Assembly: GCA_964597265.1 (NCBI GenBank)
Contig: CAZQWJ010000002.1
Coordinates: 12,250-74,882, forward strand
DNA length: 62,633 nt
DNA from: an uncultured Candidatus Saccharibacteria bacterium
GTDB taxonomy: Bacteria; Patescibacteriota; 4484-211; JAGQKX01
Reading direction: 5' to 3'
Below the pieces are notes generated by a model, which worked only from the letters and a program-made list of their open reading frames with translations, was not told the origin of the DNA and made no database searches. This document shows, piece after piece, positions 58,633-62,633 of the stretch. The translations under genes were made by a program, and so were the position numbers. Position 1 is the stretch's first letter. Each line of letters begins with the position of its first letter.

Positions 58633-59788
58633 TAGGATGTAAGGCGTGCTGAATTTCCTCAACAGCCTTGGGACCGATACCTTTTATGGCACGCAATGTT
58701 TCTTCTGATTGCTCGGACAGCTGCGCTTGGGTGGTAATACCGGCTCCTTCCAGTGCCGAGACGGTTCGGGCAGCAAGACCAAGAGCTGCTAACTCGCTTA
58801 CTGATTCATCCGACGCCGCCTTGGTAGCGATAGTGGCCTTGTCGTTATTATCAGGGTCATTTTCGCTCCTGAGGTCAATCCGGTACCCGGTTAATTTGGC
58901 AGCAAGCCGCACGTTTTGGCCTTCTTTGCCAATTGCCAACGACAATTGGTCATCCGGCACTACAACGCGAGCTTCTTTGGTATCTTCGTCAACGCGAATA
59001 CCCAATACCTTTGCTGGTGAAAGTGCGGCCACTATAAACCTTTCACTGTCGGGGTGCCACAAGATAATGTCTATTTTCTCCCCCATCAGTTCGTCGGTAA
59101 TCGCCTGTACCCGAACACCTCGCTGTCCCACCGCACTGCCGATAGGATCCACACCTTCCTGTGTGGTATACACAGCCACTTTGCTTCTCTGCCCTACCTC
59201 CCGTGCAATTGCCTTCAGCTCCACAGCCTCGTTGGCGACTTCTGGTACTTCCATCTCGAATAACCCACGGATCAATTCACTGTCGCTACGGGAAACCACC
59301 ACTACCTCGCGTCCACGAAACTCGCGAATGTCCTTTATTAATATTTTTAATCGCATGTTTTGGTGATAATCTTCGGCAGGAACCTGCTCTTCAATCGGCA
59401 TAAGTGCGATGGTTCGACCAATATCCACCATCCAGTGACGTCCTTCTTTGCGCTGTAACATGCCCGACACCACCGTATTGATTTTGTCTCGGTAGTCAGA
59501 CATGATAGCGTCTTTTTCTGCCTCTCGCACTCGTTGCAATATTACTTGCTTGGCGGTTTGTGCGGCTATACGACCAAATCCCGAAGGAGTCACATCTTCC
59601 CCCTCGCGCATAAGTACAATCTCTCCATTTTCCGGCTCAATCTGGACTTCAATCCCTTCTGGATCGCCATAATCTTTGCGGTATGCAGCCAAAAGAGCAT
59701 GTTCTAATGTTTCAATAACCTGTTCGGGTTCAATACCGCGATCACTCGCCACTGCATTGATCGCAGCCATAAATTCGGATCTAATCAT
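58625..59788 (-). CDS. nusA: Transcription termination/antitermination factor NusA
   Basis: Start set to Met-54 (MIRSEFMAAINAVA...). NTD, S1, KH1/KH2 (GPKGVR-type blocks GQRGVRVQAI, GKEGQNVRLA) and one C-terminal HhH repeat. Confidence 0.9.
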   Translation of the reverse strand: MIRSEFMAAINAVASDRGIEPEQVIETLEHALLAAYRKDYGDPEGIEVQIEPENGEIVLMREGEDVTPSGFGRIAAQTAKQVILQRVREAEKDAIMSDYRDKINTVVSGMLQRKEGRHWMVDIGRTIALMPIEEQVPAEDYHQNMRLKILIKDIREFRGREVVVVSRSDSELIRGLFEMEVPEVANEAVELKAIAREVGQRSKVAVYTTQEGVDPIGSAVGQRGVRVQAITDELMGEKIDIILWHPDSERFIVAALSPAKVLGIRVDEDTKEARVVVPDDQLSLAIGKEGQNVRLAAKLTGYRIDLRSENDPDNNDKATIATKAASDESVSELAALGLAARTVSALEGAGITTQAQLSEQSEETLRAIKGIGPKAVEEIQHALHPNA

Positions 59789-59810
59789 GAGGGCTATTAT
59801 AACACACGTT

Positions 59811-60344
59811 TTAGCGGATTTTACCGGCAAGCCACAGGTGCATGTCTGGCAGAATGCGGTCGTGTATAAGCTGCTGGAGTATTTGTTTTTCTCTTGATGA
59901 AAATGTTGATAAAACAAAATCCTTGCGCGTAATCTCTCGGTTAGCATACACAGGTGCCTGAATACCTACACGCAACCGCCAAAATTCTCTTGTGCCGAGC
60001 GCATCACAGATACTTTTGATGCCATTATGCCGACCAGCACCCCGACCTTTACTCAACTTATACTGACCCACAGGTAGGTCCCAGTCATCATGTATGACGA
60101 GTAGGTTTGAAGGCGTAATGGCTGGGTATTTCCGCAGTACCCGATACAACGCTTTACCAGATTGGTTCATGTAAGTCATAGGCTTGACCAACAGCAGATC
60201 ATCTTGTGTACTCAGTTCTGCCAGGAGAGCTTCGGAAGGTACAAACGCTTCAGCTGCAAACTGATCCACTATCCAAAAGCCCACGTTGTGGCGAGTGTCT
60301 GCGTATTCAGCTCCTATATTACCGAGTCCAACAATACATTTCAT
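59811..60344 (-). CDS. pth: Peptidyl-tRNA hydrolase
   Basis: Start set to Met-23 (MKCIVGLGNIGAEYADTRHNVGF). Confidence 0.9.
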   Translation of the reverse strand: MKCIVGLGNIGAEYADTRHNVGFWIVDQFAAEAFVPSEALLAELSTQDDLLLVKPMTYMNQSGKALYRVLRKYPAITPSNLLVIHDDWDLPVGQYKLSKGRGAGRHNGIKSICDALGTREFWRLRVGIQAPVYANREITRKDFVLSTFSSREKQILQQLIHDRILPDMHLWLAGKIR

Positions 60345-60433
60345 AGCCACATTGTACCTGCATAGAAGGAAATTGAGAAATAGTGCAGTATTGCCACCTA
60401 AGCCAGACAACAGTGTTGGTTATAGGCTTAAGA

Positions 60434-60442
60434 TGGTATACT
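60434..60442 (+). promoter_or_regulatory. Candidate extended -10 promoter (TGGTATACT) for ORF 60488
   Basis: Read directly. Followed by a roughly 40-nt leader with SD GGAGGT 6 nt from the ATG. Confidence 0.45.
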
Positions 60443-60487
60443 CCGCAGCAGAAAGAACTTTAACACCATGCAGCATGGAGGTAGATA

Positions 60488-60922
60488 ATGACACAGAGAG
60501 AGTATAGAAGAGTCATTGCTCGAGAGGAATGGAACCGGATTTCCGCTGCCATCGAGGCTACATATAAGCAAATCCGACCCATGGTAGAGCAATTCGAAAA
60601 GGAACATAGTGCAGACTGGGAGGTTTACTTTAGCGTCGTCAATTACCCTCCAGAGGTCTGGTTAAGATTCCGCCGTAAGCCAGTCGCAAATCGGTCAGAA
60701 AGTATCGATGACAGCCTGACCCCAAAAGCGGCGTGGATTTCGGACGACGAGGCCAACCTCTGTGCCACCTTTGCTGCTCAAGTAGCAGAAAAGGCACAGT
60801 TATGGGTCAAGAGAGATCCATACGCAGAAGAGAGCAAAGAGCGGAGTGGAAGATACCATCTTGCGTTCATAATCCGTCCCGAGGACTACGCAGACTTTTT
60901 GACAGGTTTGAAAAGCGAATAG
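60488..60922 (+). CDS. Hypothetical protein (144 aa)
   Basis: Good SD (GGAGGT) and no recognisable family. Confidence 0.6.
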   Translation: MTQREYRRVIAREEWNRISAAIEATYKQIRPMVEQFEKEHSADWEVYFSVVNYPPEVWLRFRRKPVANRSESIDDSLTPKAAWISDDEANLCATFAAQVAEKAQLWVKRDPYAEESKERSGRYHLAFIIRPEDYADFLTGLKSE

Positions 60923-61034
60923 GCGTAGCAAAAAAAGGCCGTGCTGTGTAGGAGGAAACCGAGGAGATTGAGAAACGCTGTATAATGGCACCACTTGGTC
61001 CTTTAATAAACCCGAGCCCAAGGAGGGCAAATAA

Positions 61035-61403
61035 ATGGCAACAAAACAGGAGTTGAACATTCACGGTAGGCGTGCCACCGCGGTTATCCCAGAAGGGTGG
61101 GAGATATCACGATGGTTTGAGCGCCCAGACAGTCACATCGTGATATTCAAAAGACCAAAAGAAGGGAATAGTATCTCTTGGATTGAGGTAAATTTCCATC
61201 CTGACCGCGACCCACTCCCTTCAGCCCTACAGGTCTGCCCCAATTCTCGAGGATATACCTTGTATCTAAACGGCAAAGAGGTGCCGTGGTCTGTATCTGG
61301 TACCCTCGGCGACGGAGATCTCTCCATCACGCTCAAAGTCTCTGACCAAGGGACCTGCACCGTCGAGGTAGTGACAGGCGCCGAACTCGAAAAAAACCAA
61401 TAG
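61035..61403 (+). CDS. Hypothetical protein (122 aa, beta-rich)
   Basis: SD AAGGAGGG 8 nt upstream, TATAAT about 30 nt upstream. Followed by tandem hairpins. Confidence 0.6.
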   Translation: MATKQELNIHGRRATAVIPEGWEISRWFERPDSHIVIFKRPKEGNSISWIEVNFHPDRDPLPSALQVCPNSRGYTLYLNGKEVPWSVSGTLGDGDLSITLKVSDQGTCTVEVVTGAELEKNQ

Positions 61404-61424
61404 GCAGGCTCAGAGCCTGCCGCC

Positions 61425-61456
61425 AGAACCATCCCCAAGGGGATGGTTCTTTTTTT
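61425..61456 (+). terminator. Strong rho-independent terminator
   Basis: AGAACCAUCCCC-AA-GGGGAUGGUUCU followed by U6. It is preceded by a second hairpin, GGCAGGCUC-A-GAGCCUGCC (61403-61421). Confidence 0.85.
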
Positions 61457-61479
61457 CGTCGAGCAATATTCACAGCCGA

Positions 61480-61488
61480 TGGTACAAT
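61480..61488 (+). promoter_or_regulatory. Candidate extended -10 promoter (TGGTACAAT) 9 nt upstream of the ATG at 61498
   Basis: TGGTACAAT-ggtgattac-ATG read directly. Confidence 0.4.
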
Positions 61489-61497
61489 GGTGATTAC

Positions 61498-61842
61498 ATG
61501 AAGGAAAAAGAACTTCGCAATTTTCTATTTCAACTGTATGACTATGCAGATTATCTTGCTGATAAGATACAGCCTGGTAATCTAGACAACAACAACTATT
61601 TTCTAACCCTAGTCTTCATCGAAAGATTTTTCGACTCAATTGGCCGCGGAGAGATTCACAGAGCAGAGGTGGACTCGAATGACACAATTCTTGACCACCA
61701 AAAGTCATTATCAGAAGCGCACAGACGTCTTGACCTTTTAAGAGATCGTATTGATGCGTTGTCAAAGGAATATGATTTTGATGATGCGTTGGATCATGTA
61801 AGCAAAGAGCTAGCTATCGAATGGCCAAAGAGAAAAAGGTGA
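61498..61842 (+). CDS. Hypothetical protein (114 aa, helical, acidic)
   Basis: ORF only; no recognisable family. Confidence 0.5.
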   Translation: MKEKELRNFLFQLYDYADYLADKIQPGNLDNNNYFLTLVFIERFFDSIGRGEIHRAEVDSNDTILDHQKSLSEAHRRLDLLRDRIDALSKEYDFDDALDHVSKELAIEWPKRKR

Positions 61843-61937
61843 GGAACGATAGTGATCAGTGTAAACTTGTTCGAATGGGTTTGGATCGCAGCCGTTCAAA
61901 ACTAGTTTGAACTAAGTACTAGATCTGTGACATCCTT

Positions 61938-61965
61938 GTACCAGATGCATTAGAGCATCTGGTAC
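61938..61965 (-). other. 11-bp perfect hairpin overlapping the 3-prime ACCA end of tRNA-Arg
   Basis: Minus RNA GUACCAGAUGC-UCUAAU-GCAUCUGGUAC. The 5-prime arm begins inside the tRNA acceptor end. Confidence 0.6.
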
Positions 61966-62035
61966 CCCTGAGAGGACTCGAACCTCTAACCTTCACGTCC
62001 GCAACGTGATGCTCTATCCATTGAGCTACAGGGGC
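61960..62035 (-). tRNA. tRNA-Arg (GCG), CCA encoded
   Basis: Hand-folded: acceptor GCCCCUG/CAGGGGU (G1-U72), D arm GCUC-AAUGGAUA-GAGC, anticodon arm UCACG-UUGCGGA-CGUGA, T arm AGAGG-UUCGAGU-CCUCU, A73. Confidence 0.85.
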
Positions 62036-62123
62036 AAAACATGCTGTTTGTATGTTTTGTGTAAAACAAGACATTTTACACAATGTCCAAGCTACGCTTG
62101 GATGGTTTTAGACACGTATTATA

Positions 62124-62612
62124 TCAGTTTTCGTCGGAAGCTGCGCCTTTTGAGGGGTGGACCGGGAATACCAGGTGCTCAATATAGCGAATGACACGGT
62201 TTACTTTGACTTCTTCATACGGCACATAATCCAAAATCAAATCTTCTATCTCTTCCTCTTTGGCCGGATCAATAACCATTTCTACCCTTTCCAAGTGGCC
62301 TCCTGGTAAGAAAAACCTCAACACCTTTTGCCCGCCTACCTCATCGATCCAAAACGAAGTAATTTCAGTGTACAAGTATTTATCATCATCAATTTTCACT
62401 GAATTATTGAGTATTTGATACCTAACTTGCTTAGGTGCGTGCTTGTTGGTTGCATACACGGCAAAAGCCAATGCCATGACCACCAACATGAGCGAATATT
62501 GTCTAAACAGCACCAGGATAAACCCTATCACCATCGTTCCCACGAACAGGGCGACAAAAAAGTTATGCTCGCGGTCAAAATAGACACGTGCCGGTCCAAC
62601 CCACTCCATCAA
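62124..62612 (-). CDS. Hypothetical membrane protein (2 TM plus a C-terminal soluble domain)
   Basis: 162-aa ORF with hydrophobic segments FFVALFVGTMVIGFILVLF and LMLVVMALAFAVY. No family assigned. Confidence 0.55.
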   Translation of the reverse strand: MMEWVGPARVYFDREHNFFVALFVGTMVIGFILVLFRQYSLMLVVMALAFAVYATNKHAPKQVRYQILNNSVKIDDDKYLYTEITSFWIDEVGGQKVLRFFLPGGHLERVEMVIDPAKEEEIEDLILDYVPYEEVKVNRVIRYIEHLVFPVHPSKGAASDEN

Positions 62613-62633
62613 TACTTGTGGTTTTTCAAATTT

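Noticed and set aside
58668-59366. A 232-aa ORF antisense to nusA. Similar ORFs lie antisense to fusA (25905-26582), rpoA (7569-8084), rpoC (29444-30046), rpoB (33142-33735), rnj (50734-51372) and the surface protein (22985-23557).
   Set aside because: All are shadows of confidently identified genes. They are Ser/Pro/Arg-rich with no recognisable domains or start signals.
62006-62194. A 62-aa plus-strand ORF overlapping tRNA-Arg.
   Set aside because: It runs antisense through a well-folded tRNA gene and into the 3-prime end of the minus-strand membrane protein gene. It has no start signals.

Overview
This window is almost entirely core housekeeping DNA on the minus strand, from a small-genome bacterium that uses the standard genetic code (GC looks mid-40s % by eye, not computed). 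It holds the ribosomal super-cluster (rpsL-rpsG-fusA-tuf-rpsJ, then rplC through rplQ, then rplM-rpsI) and rpoB-rpoC. It also holds nusA-ylxR-infB, rpsO-pnp, alaS, ftsK, RNase J, mltG/ruvX, two tRNAs, a two-component module and an ABC-2 transporter. rpmD (L30) and adk are missing from their canonical slots, and several proteins are unusually compact. Both points fit a Patescibacteria/CPR-like lineage, but the window cannot prove this. I saw no CRISPR array, integrase, transposase or recognisable defence system, so I cannot point to a convincing new multi-gene system. The observations most worth a second look are: (1) a T-box riboswitch leader in front of alaS; (2) a 3.3-kb block of three genes (surface protein, ABC-F ATPase, SGNH hydrolase) that splits rpsJ from rplC, with a terminator-like hairpin abutting the rplC start; (3) an L3 lacking roughly 55-60 internal residues; (4) a Lon-type AAA+ module with no protease domain; (5) a 32-position, strand-specific hairpin in the rpsO-pnp spacer; (6) a tRNA-Arg with a GCG anticodon; (7) recurrent extended -10 boxes only 7-9 nt from ATG codons, suggesting leaderless mRNAs; (8) an FtsA/PilM-like ATPase translationally coupled to a large bitopic membrane protein. 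All family calls come from reading the translations. No database search was run.
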